DNA of 64,000 nt, taken from NCBI GenBank assembly GCA_010093605.1, contig MU004191.1, forward strand, positions 1,224,816 through 1,288,815, in the 5' to 3' direction. A program made the position numbers and the translations under genes. This DNA comes from Lophium mytilinum. Lineage: Eukaryota. Of the stretch, positions 40,098 to 53,212 are shown in pieces; within the stretch, counting starts at the first letter, position 1, and each line of letters opens with the position of its first letter. Below the pieces are notes generated by a model that saw only the letters and a program-made list of their open reading frames with translations, made no database searches and was not told the origin of the DNA.

Positions 40098-42444
40098 ATG
40101 CATTCCGACGTCCGGAGATGTGCGCTCTTCTGCTCATTCGTGGCTCTCACGCAAGCCTTCTATATACCGGGTACGTCCTAGGACTGTCATGGCTCCGGGA
40201 GTTCCACTGACGTACTGCAGGCTTCTCCATCAAAAGCTACCGGGAAGGCGACACGATCCCTCTTTTTTGGAACAAGGTCTACTCAGATAACACCGAACTA
40301 CAATATGCCTACTCAGAGCTGCCCTTCGTCTGTCCCCCGACCGGACGGACACACACAGGGTCTGGTCTCATCAGCGGCGCTACCCTTTCTTTGAATCTGG
40401 GAGAGGTGCTTCGCGGCGATCGAATCATGGTGTCTGACTACGAACTCGTTATGGGCAACGATGAGGAAGCTCGATACCTCTGCAGTCACGAAATCGACCG
40501 GAATGGGCTGAAGAGGGCCAAGGAGGTCATACGGGATGGCTACGTAGCAGAATGGATTGTGGACAACCTCCCCGGCGCAACCAGCTTCGTCACTACGGAT
40601 AAGTCGCGCAAATACTATGCCGCCGGTTGGAAGCTCGGTGAGGAGTACTACTCTTCCCCCGACGCAGATCCGCAGTACTTTATCAACAATCACGTAACAA
40701 TGGTCATTCGATACCATCGAGCCCCCGGGAGGGACGGAGACCAAGGCAAGAAGGTCATTGTTGGTTTCGAAGTTTTTCCAAAGAGTATTGAGGCTGGCAA
40801 TAGAAACGAAACTGGTCTTCCCGCGGACATTCTCGAACCGCAGTATGGAATGGAGCTCACCATCTCTCCGAACTCGACCTCTGTCGACGGCGACGTCCCC
40901 ATAGAAGAAAACGGCGACGACGGCGCCACCTTGACCATTCCTTACACATATTCGGTATACTTCCGGGAAGAGGAGCACCTCGAATGGCAAAATCGATGGG
41001 ACATGTACTTCGTCGCTCAGGATGAAAGCTCCAATATCCATTGGCTCGCCATTGTCAATTCCCTCGTTATATGCGGACTCCTTACTACGGTTGTCGCCGT
41101 AATAGTAGCTCGCACCGTCCGTGGAGATATTAAGGGCTACACCAAGGATGGACTAGAAGACGGCAAAGCCAGGGTCAAGAGAACAAAGGGTACTAGGTCA
41201 CCAAGGAAGAGCAACGAGAAGAATGGAGGTCTCCTTGACCAATTGGCCGACACAGAGGGAGACGCTGATATCTCTTCCGACGAAGAGTCTTTGATGGAAG
41301 ACACAACAGGCTGGAAACTGGTTCACGGCGATGTCTTCAGGCCACCACCGTATGGTGGTCTTCTTGCCCCTCTCGTTGGCTCTGGCATGCAGCTCGTCTT
41401 CATGGCGGCCGGTCTCTTAGTCCTTAGCTGCTTTGGAATTCTGAATCCCAGCTTCCGCGGCGGTTATGTCAGCGTTGGTATGGGCTTATTCGTCCTGGCG
41501 GGGTTATTCTCGGGCTATTTCTCGTCTAGAGTGTACAAGACATTCGGCGGCCAACTCTGGCAAAAGAATGTCTTAGTGGTATGTGGGATCTCAACCCTTT
41601 CGGTCATAAAAACTCACTAACGCTTCATTCAGACTGGAACGCTAATTCCTGGTCTTCTCTTCGCCACCGTTTTCATTTTGAACCTCTTTGTTTGGGCTCA
41701 AGCTTCCAGCACAGCCATTCCCTTCGGAACTCTCGTTGGCCTTGTCGCCCTATGGCTCCTGATCCAGATGCCCCTCGTCTACGTAGGTGGTTGGTACGGC
41801 TTCGTCGTTGTAGGGCATTGGACGCATCCCATCAAAGCGAACGTGATTCCCCGACAAATCCCTGTCCAGTCATGGTACACGAAGAGCGTCCAGGCGCTCC
41901 TTCTTGCAGGCTTCATCCCTTTCGCCGTCATCTTTATCGAGTTGATGTTTGTCTTCAAGAGTCTTTGGCAAGATAAGAGCGGGTACTACTACGTCTTTGG
42001 ATTTCTAGGTGTTGTAAGCACTATTTTGATCATCACGGTAATAGAGGTCACGATTGTGGCTACATATGTGCAGCTTTGCTCAGAGGTATGTATCTTAGCC
42101 ACGGCCTGGTGCCATCCGACTAGCACTAACATCCCTGCCTTTAGAACTACCACTGGTGGTGGCAATCTTTCCTCGTTGGTGGCAGTTCTAGTATCTGGAT
42201 CTTCGGCTACCTCACCTGGTACTACTTCACAAAGCTCCACATCTCAGGCTTCGTATCTAGCCTGCTCTTTTTTTGCTACGGCTTTCTGGCGTGTCTGGTC
42301 TACGGTCTGCTCACGGGCACGATTGGGTTCCTGTCGGCGTATGCGTTTGTGAGGAGGATTTACGGGTGAGTTTCCTAACATCCCCCAAATACCCGAAAAC
42401 CAAGCTACTAACAACCCATCCCTAGCGCTATTAAAGCGGATTAG
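40098..42444 (+). CDS. Transmembrane 9 superfamily (EMP70/TMN) protein
   Basis: Signal peptide ..TQAFYIPG; NLGEVLRGDRI, WIVDNLPG, GWKLVHGDVFR, NYHWWWQSF; C-terminal KxD (IKAD*). Four introns. Confidence 0.93.
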
Positions 42445-43145
42445 AGCATACTGTCCGCCGTATAATGAGACTCGTTCCTTCGCATCTGCCAGATTTCGAA
42501 CAGTATACACACAAAAAACTCGAAAGCTTTCTTTCTCAAATCGAATATTGAACCACGCGCCGAATTGGCCCCCACATCGTCTTGTTACTACCTTTTTATG
42601 ATCCTCGTAATATAGATATCGCGACCTCACTTTTCCTTATTTTTTCAGGATCACGGGTTTCGGGTTGACGCTAATGCCGTTAGTGGCTGCTTTCTGCACG
42701 GCGCTTTGAGTTTGCATAACGTTGGCGTAGCATGGGTCGATGCATGGAGCTGTAGCCGCGTTGGGAGGGGGAGACGGATGAGGATGATGAAGGTGGTGAC
42801 CAAAAACGTGGTGGCGGCGACTTGAAAGTAGAGCTGCGGCTGTTGGAGTGAGCGAAAAGAATACATCGAGGAAGTAAGAACCGATTTCTGTCTCATCATC
42901 AAGGCTTCCATGTCACGTGCTGAACTAGACGATCGACGCAGTGTGAACCTATTGACCGCAGGAATCACATCACGAATCCCACAGTTGGAGTAACAGTTAT
43001 CTGGTAATAGGTATTCATGGAAAGCGTTATCCTCCCCATCTACCTACCCATAGTATACTCTCCCATCCCAAAAGCCGTCCGCATATATACAATAAAATCA
43101 CACTTTTGCCAGCATTGCAATCACACCCCCAACGCCCCCAGCTCT

Positions 43146-44476
43146 CTACACCACCTCGACACTCTTATTCGTCGCCCCATCCTCTTTCCTGCTATCTCCG
43201 TCTTCAAACTCCACCACCACATTCGTTGTCTGCTTGATCCCCCGCACATTCTGCATCCTAAACTCGTCCCCCAGAATACTCTCATCGCTCCCATTCGCCT
43301 TCGTCCGCCCGCTGCCTCCCACGCCCCCGAGCCCGCCGCCCACACTTGCCGCGCCCCCGGTCACCGTCACCCCATTCCCGTTCCCACTACGGTCATTCAG
43401 CGTATACATGCCCCCCGTCCCGCGCGTGCGCCTGCCACCCGTGCGGCCGCCGGTGGTGCTATCGCCCATGGACGACGCGAGGCCCTTGACGTAGCGGCGG
43501 TAGAGGGTGCGGGTGGCGGGGAGGCAGGTGCAGACGATGCTGACGGTGAGCTCGGTGCTGCTCCAGAGGACGGGCGCGGCGAACTGGTAGTTGCGGTCCG
43601 AGGCGGAGCCTAGGGCGACGAGTTGCTGCAGGCGCACGAGGCCGCAGATGCCGGCGAGGACGCCGGCGGAGAGCGAGAGGGTGATGGTGAGGCGCTCGCG
43701 GCGCTTGATTTGGAGGTTGCGCAGGAAGAACCAGGGGAGGGCGGCGAGGAAGAAGTCGAGGAAGGTGCCGTAGCCTAAGGGGTGGGGGGTTAGGGAAGGN
43801 NNNNNNNNNNNNNNNNNNNGGGCGTACCGGCTAGGGTGTAACCGACGGCGGTTACGTTGAAGTGGCAGACTTTGTCGGTTATGAAGGGGTTCCAGTTGGA
43901 GTAGACGGGGAAGCATTGGACGAAGAGGCCGATGAACTCGAGGAGGCAGAGGATGGCGACGATGGCCATGGATGAGTAGATGATTATCTTGTGTCTGTGC
44001 ATGCGAGATTGGTGAGAACGCGTGCGAAGTATGTGGGCGGTCTCGGTTTTACGCAGTACTCACGTCTTCTTTACCACGATCATGAGTAGGAAGGTTGCAA
44101 CGGCAGCTTTGCTAGTGAGGACAGACAAGGGGAAGATGCAGGCGTAGGTGAACAATAGCTTGGACAGCTTTTTGATTTGTTCTACATCTGTCAATTTGTC
44201 GTTGTGTTGGCCTAGGCCTCGATATGCTCCCCCAATGGCTACCGCTGTAAAAGCAATGAGCATGACCTATTTGAGCGTCAGTGAGATAGATAAGGGTGGC
44301 GGTTTGCGGATAGGTTCAAGTACCATCGCTGCCCATAGCCAGTAATCATCCGCTCGCATGCCAGAAAACAGCCTTATACGTGCCCAGGTCCTCGTCGCAA
44401 CGAATGCAAGCGCTAGGAACATTTCCAGGAGCGTAACGCCGACAACTGTCGGTCCCATGCCCCCGAGGCCCCCCAT
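43146..44476 (-). CDS. PTH11-like (fungal rhodopsin domain) integral membrane protein, no CFEM domain seen
   Basis: RTWARIR..ADDY, GLGQH, FVQCFPVYSNWNP, DFFLAALPW, WSSTELTVSIVCTCLP. One intron contains the N gap. Confidence 0.85.
43800..43819. other. Assembly gap (20 N)
   Basis: Run of N inside an intron of the PTH11-like gene. Confidence 0.99.
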
Positions 44477-46423
44477 ACTGAATTAAAAAAGGAAAGCGAA
44501 GAGACAATACGACGAGAAGAGAATCGGAAACGACCAGGAGGCCGCGATGTACAGGCCGCGATTCATAGAATATGTAGACGAGGAAAGGAGACCAAGACCC
44601 AGCCGTGCCTAGAATTCGACATACATAATCTGATAGCGGTCATGATAACTGAGTTCAGGGTCCGAGTCAGGCGTCACCCCCATGGAGTTCTCTATGCCGT
44701 GTGCTAGCATATAAACCTCGCCCTTCCAACAAAGATCGAGGCATAGCTGTGATCCGAGTTCCCCAGCCTATCAGAGTGTGCCCCTAGCTATGGGAGGATA
44801 GCGCCTCATGATGATATCGCTGCACGTCATTCGTTGAAAGTATTTAGGTTTGGATTAGGTTTGCTGATGCGGGCAGGAATCTGGGATCGACGCCAGCTAT
44901 GTCACACCACGGGCCGACTACTGCCCACCATGGAGTCCCCATGGTTTCGCTACCGCAGGGCAGAGTTTGACAAACGACTTGGCGTGGAGTAGTGGGAGCA
45001 TATCATTCCGAGATCTGATTCGTACTTGCAGCTGATTCTGCGGAGGGAAGCCTGTTCCATGCCTGGTATGATAGCAGGAAGGCTGCTGTTTTCAATATGC
45101 TGCGGCTCATCAGCTGCATTCATGGTGTTGAAGCTGGTGATCTCACGCCACGTTGATGACTGCCACGAGATTAGAAGGGCCTTCTACGTTTTTGTCTAAT
45201 TGTAGTTTCAATTTATTCCTCGGAGAAAACCACGAGTGTTAGTCCTGGAGGGAGGCGTCACCGGTGTGCCGGTAGCATCATTATGTGTATACCTAGCAGG
45301 TTTATGCAACTAGCTACTGTGGCGTGTATGGATTCTGGGCCGGATGGTTTTGGAAGATTCACTCGCTACTCAGCAGATTTTACCTCTCGTGGCGAATTGG
45401 ATGGAGGAGCAGCGACGGAATGGCTAGAAATCTCAACACTCTTGGTTTCTTAGGGATGACTTCGTGGTTTACAGTAAGTGGAGATCGCAGCATTTTATTA
45501 ACGTCGTGATCCTGTGCCATTGATATGGAATGTGTTCCCAGGAGCTAGAAGCAAAACTAGGCTCAACATTTACGTGATCATCATGACCCTTTTTTGAGAT
45601 GAAGACATAGTGAAACCAAGGCGTCGATTGTTGACAAAGGTCATCTTCATACACAAAACCTTAGCTAACTGCCAGGCCTGGCATTTCCCTCACTCTGAAT
45701 GCCTGACGGGAGAGGCCCCCATTGCAGGATATGAATACCCGGCAAATACGTCGTCGTGTACAATGAGTCGCGGAAGACATTCTAGCCACGGCGAGTTGGG
45801 AGTGAGTGCGCTGTGCCTAAGCCTAGTTCATAGGACTTGAAATTCTCCGTAAAGTAAAATATTCTACTGGTAAAACACTTGGCCCAAGAATTAACGACGG
45901 CGAGATGCTCGCCTATCGTGAAGGTCCTCGGACTCCTGTCTCTGCAGAAAGGCAATATATTTGTCTTCAGATAAAGGTAGATAGACGCGGAAGACTGATC
46001 AGATAGAGTGCATCTACTCGATTTGTGAATATGGTACAACTTGAAAAACATGGTAAGAAGTCCGTATATCTGCTCAGCTTCACCAATCGCCCAGGTAGGG
46101 GTGTTTCTGGTCGCAATACTATCATGTACTCCACGCGCGTTCTCCAAAGCAGACGAGTCTGTGAGAATACATGGTTCATGGCACAGGATGTCGTTAAAGA
46201 GAGGAAAATAACCAAGAGAGTCTTGAGTAGACCTTGAGCAGTACATGCAGCCTTCAAGTGTCGATTATATAGATCAAATCATAAGTATGTACATTTATGA
46301 GATTAGAACCTTTGCAAGGCGTCAAGTTCACGTCGACTTTTAGCCCATACGAAAGAATCCGTAAAGAGAACTTACACTCCCATGCAGCATCCACGAAGGA
46401 CAACCTCATCCTAGCTCGAGTGT

Positions 46424-48212
46424 CTATTCCTTGGCGGAGACCGACACTTCGTGCATCTCGTCACCATCCTTGCGATCTGATTGACTTCCAGCTGAGGCGA
46501 CAGCTCCTTCGAAGTCCCACGTTCGCCTGAAGGAAGGCGATTTGTAGGCCTTGCTGCACTGCTGATACAGCTCGTCGACTTGCTCCAAGGATAACCCCTT
46601 GGTTTCATAGATAAAGTTCCAGACAAAGGCCACGGCGAGAAGGCAGAAAGCCATCCAGATGAAGAAAACCTTGCTCCCCAAGTCCGCATTGCCTTTACCC
46701 GAGTCGACCATGTAGGGCGTGATGAATCCCAGGATGAAGTTCCAGAGCCAGTTGCTAGCGGTAGTCATCGACAGGGCCTTGGCTCTGACGTGAACGGGGA
46801 ACATTTCTCCAGTAACGACCCATGCGCATCTTTTGCACCGTTAGTGACATATCTCATTGTGTTGAGGTAAGGGTCAAGGCTTACGGTCCCCAGGAAAACT
46901 CGAAGAAGAAAATGTAGATGCAGACCACGGCAATCAAGGCGTTCTGTCCCGCAGTCGAAGTAACTGTGATACCGAGCACAGCTAGGATCAATTGGCTGAT
47001 AGCCATACCGGCAGCGCCAATGAGTAACAGGTTTCGTCTTCCCATTCTCTCAACGAGATACAAGCCGGGGATGGTCGAGACGAATGCAACGACGTTAACG
47101 ATAATAGTCGCCAAGAACGCGTCTTCAATCCCGACTGTGCGGAAGAATCGAGTGCCGTAGTAAATGATGAAGTTGACTGGTCTGGTGTTAGCTTGCTCGA
47201 GAAGGTCTAATAATCAAAGACACCATCTCTACGTACTTCCTGATAGTTGCTGTAGGGCCTGGAGCGCACACCCCGTAAGTTGTCGCTTCAAAATAGGGCT
47301 TTTCCAGCAGCTCAGATATCCAACGCCTTCAGCGCGCTCTAGCTCTACATGGGTTTCAATCTCTCGAAGCTCCTGAAGCAGTGCCGGGTGATCGACTGGC
47401 AAGGAGTTGAGGAAACTCAGAGAAGCCTTAGCTTCTTCCACTTTGCCAACTTGAAGAAGATAGCGAGGAGTCTCGGGCAGGAACAGCATTCCTCCAGCTA
47501 GAATTAAACCAAAGAGAATCTGGATCGCAACAGGGACACGATAAGAGCCGGAGTTATTTCTGTCGCCAGTGGAATAGTTTACACATGCGGCAAGAATCAA
47601 ACCAAGATTCTGCGCGCCACCGTCAGTGAAATTTTAGATCTGATGTGTCCATATATACTGACAATGCATAGCTGATAACAGCCGACAATTGTTCCACGAA
47701 CCCATTTTGGGGCGGACTCGGATTGATAAAGTGGAACTGGAAACGACTGGTTAATGATGATCGTTTCCCAGCTTGAGAATAACAGGCTTACCCAACGCGG
47801 ACACAATTCCAACTCCCAGGCCGGCCACCACCCGACCAACGACGAATAAGGGCAGAGCATGAGCTATCGTTTGTAAGACGACTCCGGTAATGAAGACACC
47901 ACATGCCGCAACTAGACCCAATCGGCGGCCGAAGCAATCTCCAGCAGGACCGGCAAGAAGTGCACCGACGAACGTTCCCACAGATAGAATCGATACCACA
48001 AGCGATGTCTGGGTAGTAGTGATAACAGGGTTGCCACTCGCATCCGTAGTTGTTGCCATAGTATCGACCCAGTAGTTCATGGTCAAGATCCCAGAGATTG
48101 ACGCAGTATCATAGCCGAAAAGAATGCCGCCGATGGATGCGAAGATTCCAACCAAGATGGCAGGCCATAATGAGCCGTCCGGCCTCTCACTCTTCTTTGG
48201 CAAGTAGCCCAT
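46424..48212 (-). CDS. MFS sugar porter (high-affinity hexose transporter-like)
   Basis: GGILFGYDT, DCFGRRLG, PLYQSESAPKWVRG, PETPRYL, QQLSG/VNFIIYYG, SWGP, YETKGLSLEQVD. Four introns. Confidence 0.93.
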
Positions 48213-48947
48213 GATGATGAAATTGAGATTTGTGGAGAGAATAATAAGAAAGTGTGTATGATGAAGGCGTACTGAAACAGTAATCTGGGGTTTGCATCGT
48301 AATCCGGGGAACCTGCAGGCTTTATGCACATGTCTGGGGCTTCACGGGAGGCCACATAAGAAATTTTGTGGGGTTAGGAGGCTCTTCTGAACTGTGTCCC
48401 TCGAGATCGAGACCCAACTTCTTCTTGCCGTTTTTAGGGTTCGGTTTCCGAGAGCGCCACCATCGCCTTGACTGGAATTAGCAAGTATGCGGGAGACCAA
48501 TGCTAGCAAGTTGCACTTTATCCTCCAGAATTATGTTGGCGAGGTCAAGCTGGAGGGATTGGAAGTCTCCTGAATCGCGAGTTCGTGACTACTACTAGAA
48601 AAAAAGTGAATTAGAATAGGCGCACAACGGGTACCAATGACTCGCTGAAGTCACGCTATCATCTCGGTACGGGGCTGGGGCTTGAGCTAGCCGATTCCCG
48701 TAACTTGTAGAGGGCTATCTTTTCTATCCAGACCTGCCGTTCTCGGAAAGTTTCCAGGTGTGGAAAGGTTGAAGATGGGTCCAGGCACCCCGGGAAACGC
48801 CACAGTGAGTTGCATTCACGGCGTATCATGTATCGAGTCTCATAATCGTCTCGAACAGCTCTGGGTTGTTGATAAATAAAGCCTTGTTTTTACTTTGGAA
48901 GAGGTGCATCGCAACACTTTCAGCATTGACAACGAATATACACCACA

Positions 48948-51230
48948 ATGGACGCAGTGTCCACTTCGTACTTTCTTACCGTTGGCAGCGAGGATACCGT
49001 TCTGCTACTGTTGGTCACCACGGTGCTGCTCTACTATGTAGCCCAAAGTCAGATTGGTCCGAAGCATGAGCGGTCTCGTCTTGAAGACCTGTTTAATATT
49101 CCTCAAAGACAATCGCATCGGACCGGAGCTTCTCCAATTTCGCAAGGAAGAAGCCGTAATGTTTGCGATGTAATCGGGCCTTCGTCGGTAAGCACTTCGA
49201 TTTTTCTTCGCATTTATCAGTATACCTGTACATTATGGGAGTCGCGACTAACTAGAAAGCTGCAGGATGTTGGAGCGGTCGTCTTCTGGGCATCGCAAGG
49301 TGGCTCTGCGGAAGCCCTAGCATCTCGTTGCACCTCCGACCTCACGAAAGCTTTATCCAAACGGGTCATCACCGCCGACCTAGCGGATTATGATTTCAAG
49401 CATATGCCAGACGTAAAGTCTCAAGCACTGCTGATTTTTGTCGTGTCTACATATGGTGAAGGAGACCCGCCTGATAATGGCGTCGCCTTCCTCGAATCCC
49501 TTTGTGAGCTTCGCAAGCGGAGACGCCGGCTGAACAATGTCCGCTATACGATGTTTGGCTTAGGCAATTCCAACTATACGCATTACAATAAGTTTGCGTT
49601 TGATATCGACCGCCTCCTCGTGGAGTTGGGCGCCACCAAGATCGGTCCTCTTGGGCTGGGTGACGACCGCGAGGGCGGCACTGAGGAAAGCTTTGTGTCT
49701 TGGAAGAGCGACATGGGCCATCAGGTAGCAGAAACGCTACACCTACGTCCTGTTCAGAAAGGCTACTCACCTCGCATACGTATTTGTCCTCTAAAGGATA
49801 GCAGCGATGGCACGATGCCTGGAGTCTCGTCAAACGTCTACCAAGGCGAGCCGGTACCTGTCTCAGCCACATCTAATTTGAGCAGCAACATTACTCTCCC
49901 AATCACAGGGGCTCGACAACTCACTTCTGTGAAAGACGGTGGCGATGCTCAGATCTCCCGTCATTGTGTTCACCTGGAATTTAGCCTTGACGGCTGTCCG
50001 ACGGTAACCTACGAGACAGGGGACTATCTTCGCATCTGGCCCATCAACCCGGACTCGGAGGTTCAGGCACTGCTACATGTCTTGGGGGTCTGGGACGCAC
50101 GCAAGGATGTGGTGGCAATTGTACCGATTGACGGGACCTCGCGCTCCAGTATTCGAATCCCGACTCCTGCGACTTTAGAAGCCCTGTTCCGCTACTGTCT
50201 TGACATCTGTGGACCCGTTTCGAGGGCATTCCTCGGTGGTCTATCAGAGTTCACTACGGATACGAATGTTCAAGATCGACTCGAAGCATTGACAGGCGAC
50301 CGCAACGTGTTTTACGAAAAGGTCACATCGAAACGGTGGACCCTTGCCGCAGTATTGAAATTGGTAACGGCACAAAGCGAGAGTGGTCGAGGACAATCGA
50401 GTCTGGATATACCTCTATCCTACGTTTTGGAGAACCTAAAGAAGCTTCAGCCCAGAAGTTACTCTATTTCTTCCTCTCCTCTCCTGGACCCACGAGCTAT
50501 TGCCGTTACAGCATTGGCGGTAAGCGATTCTCTGAAAGAGGCATCGACAGATACTTACCTCTTCCGCGGAGTGACCAGCAACTATTTGTTGCAGTTACAA
50601 CAAGAGTTTGGTCAAGTCTCGCCCGAGACGCAATCATCAACGGGTTCTTATTCCACTGCGGGGCCTTGTGATCTCCTTCAGGGGGGCAAGGTGTTCGCTC
50701 GCATCCGCCGAAGTAACTTCAAACCGCCGACAGACCCGTCAACTCCTATTATAATGATCGGCTCTGGGACCGGCGTCGCGCCTTTCCGAGCCTTTGTTCA
50801 GGAGCGGATGAAGCTCAAGATGCAGGGTTCGCACGTCGGCAAAACAATGCTGCTAGTGGGACACCGGGATGCAGATGAAGATTATTACTACAGTGATCTG
50901 TGGCAAGAGGCTAACGAGTGTCTGGGCGAAGCGTTCGAATTATTCACGGCGTTTTCACGCGGAAACCAGAAACCTCGGCAGTACGTTCAAGATGTGTTAG
51001 CAACCAAGTCTGATAAAGTCCTCGACATCTTGGCTGCTAACCGTCCAGCTGGTGGCGCCATGTATATTTGCGGGTCGTCGCTCATGGCAAACGGAGTAAA
51101 GACCTGCCTTGCAGAAATGTGGTCCCAGAGCTCACGGAAGTCGGCGAGCCTGCCAGGTGAAACTGCTGATGAGTGGATAAAGGGACTTAGTCGACTAAGG
51201 CGTTTGCAAGAGGATTCGTGGGGGAAGTAA
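48948..51230 (+). CDS. NADPH-cytochrome P450 reductase, divergent secondary copy
   Basis: N-terminal membrane anchor. FMN domain WASQGGSAE, STYGEGDPPDN, FGLGNSNY; FAD RSYSISSS; NADPH GSGTGVAPFRAF, YICG, QEDSW. In-frame 78-nt intron 49188-49265. Confidence 0.92.
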   Translation: MDAVSTSYFLTVGSEDTVLLLLVTTVLLYYVAQSQIGPKHERSRLEDLFNIPQRQSHRTGASPISQGRSRNVCDVIGPSSVSTSIFLRIYQYTCTLWESRLTRKLQDVGAVVFWASQGGSAEALASRCTSDLTKALSKRVITADLADYDFKHMPDVKSQALLIFVVSTYGEGDPPDNGVAFLESLCELRKRRRRLNNVRYTMFGLGNSNYTHYNKFAFDIDRLLVELGATKIGPLGLGDDREGGTEESFVSWKSDMGHQVAETLHLRPVQKGYSPRIRICPLKDSSDGTMPGVSSNVYQGEPVPVSATSNLSSNITLPITGARQLTSVKDGGDAQISRHCVHLEFSLDGCPTVTYETGDYLRIWPINPDSEVQALLHVLGVWDARKDVVAIVPIDGTSRSSIRIPTPATLEALFRYCLDICGPVSRAFLGGLSEFTTDTNVQDRLEALTGDRNVFYEKVTSKRWTLAAVLKLVTAQSESGRGQSSLDIPLSYVLENLKKLQPRSYSISSSPLLDPRAIAVTALAVSDSLKEASTDTYLFRGVTSNYLLQLQQEFGQVSPETQSSTGSYSTAGPCDLLQGGKVFARIRRSNFKPPTDPSTPIIMIGSGTGVAPFRAFVQERMKLKMQGSHVGKTMLLVGHRDADEDYYYSDLWQEANECLGEAFELFTAFSRGNQKPRQYVQDVLATKSDKVLDILAANRPAGGAMYICGSSLMANGVKTCLAEMWSQSSRKSASLPGETADEWIKGLSRLRRLQEDSWGK

Positions 51231-53212
51231 TAGAGTTTGGATGGGGGAGGCCCCAGATGAGTCGCAGGTGTTGTTCCAATGTATGATTTGGACAAGCATT
51301 TTCCTGCTTGCACTGCTCGAGAAGGTTTACTAGCTCCATTCTCTCCGTAGGATCATGGATCCACCTATAACCTACGCAAGTAAGTTGGAATTCTATGTGT
51401 ATTGGGGCAGACATTCGAACCCAGACTGATAGTAAGGCATGCAATGACCTTGCCAATCGGGCATTTGTTGTGCTGCGCTACTCCACAAAGCACACGGACG
51501 TGATTCTGGACCTCACTCTACGGTCGAATTAGGGTTGTTCTTTGAGAGGCTCAATTGTCCACTGACAGCAAAACATGAAACATACCTCCGTCTGTTTGTG
51601 CCGCTCGATAGCCTGAGGGCCAAGTATTAGGCTGCCCGGGTCGTACATAGCCAGGAGCAATTGCGCGAGTCGGCAATGAATGTAGCCCGTTACTAAATAT
51701 CACGTCATTCTACACGCAATGAAAAAATCAATACATCATTTCGACTTACAACAGGCATTCACGGTGAATCGTATCTCGGGTAACATCCCGGCAGCCGTTA
51801 AACCACGTCCGGCTAATGGTAGAGGTTGAAACGATGGCCATGTTTGTTCTGACCATTGTTTCAAGAGTCGCTGCAGCTGTTCAAATTGCTGCCCCCGAGG
51901 CTCCGTCTCATGCCCAAAACAGAAGTCCGCGGTTTGTCCTGCTAGCTTTTGCGCTCTCCTCGTCCACGAATGGACGTCGGACGAGTCTCCGGGATCCCAA
52001 AGTCGGGACTCATCAACGCTGGTGCGTACCGGCTTCTGCCGAGAAATGGCATGGAAGATATCCTGCCGCTGGTGAACCCAAAACGCGGCCTGCGCTAACT
52101 TGGTTGCTGGCTGTCGGTCGTCACTGGCTATGGTAGCAGCGAAGACGTGTCCAGCTAAAAGATGTGACTCTGCATCCTGCCCATCTTGTCGGGCTGCCAG
52201 TAACAGTGTGTCAGTATAAAACTTCTGGGACATTGGTAGCATAGAAGAGAGAAGGCGTTAGTCATCCGTGTAATCACAGAAAGCGTACCTTGAGACTCCT
52301 CATATAAGCGTAGAATCACGACTGATGCGAGCCCAGACCCATCGGCTAGTCTAGACGGGTCGCGCATGAGCTTTGACAGTAGCGAAATGGACTTTTGGTG
52401 AAATGTGTCGGCTCGTCCATCGTCATGCCCCGTTTCTTTGCAATAATAAAACGCGGAAAGAGCTAATATAGAATAACAGAGAACAGGGCAACTAGGAGCG
52501 AGCCGGAGAGCCTCAATGGTGAAGTCCGGGTGGGTATGATCAAACCTGCATCAACCAGGTTTCATAATGTCAATCATCTCAACATAAATGTCAAAGTTCT
52601 GCTAGGTTTAGGCTTACCACGGGCGCCCGATGAAATCTCCGAAGTACTGTAAGAGGGATGCATCTTCAGAAGTAAGAGTGAACGGTGAGGACAACTGTTC
52701 AATATGATGGTCCTGTCTACAATCGCTTGAAACATGGCCGACGGTGATGCGGTGCTCTAACGGGGATTCGTGATCCGCTGGGGGAGCTTCAAACGGCCAA
52801 CTCTGGGGTTCCGAAGACCAACGCACCAGTCCAGACGGCTCCGGATCTGACTGGGGTGATTTCCCAGAATGTTCTCGAGGGTTCTCTGGGTCTGGTCTTG
52901 GGCTTGGGGAACTTGAAAGCCGGGGCGCGGTAGGTGACTGAGGTTTGGCCCGGGGGGTCCAGGCCCGGCGAGTTGAGAAGCGCACATTGAACCGCTGGGT
53001 ACACGGGCGACCTGCTGCACGGCATCTAGAACACGAAGGTATCTCTCTGTCACCTGAGCATGTGGAAGTAAAAGTCAGCAAGCGAACAGACGCTTCAATT
53101 CACATCTTGCGGGAGGACTGGGGAGGAAGGGGTGAGTGGGGCAGGACGTACAGGCAACGTGCCGTAAGCGGCAGGCTTGGCAGGTAGAGCCTTGAGTGCC
53201 CGACGGTGCCAT
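51187..53212 (-). CDS. Zn(II)2Cys6 transcription factor with fungal-specific C-terminal domain
   Basis: Spliced CQAC-RLRHVA-C-DREIPS-CSRC-RAAGRP-C (CX2CX6CX6CX2CX6C); VILRLYEE and AAFWVHQRQDI motifs. Multiple introns. Confidence 0.88.
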
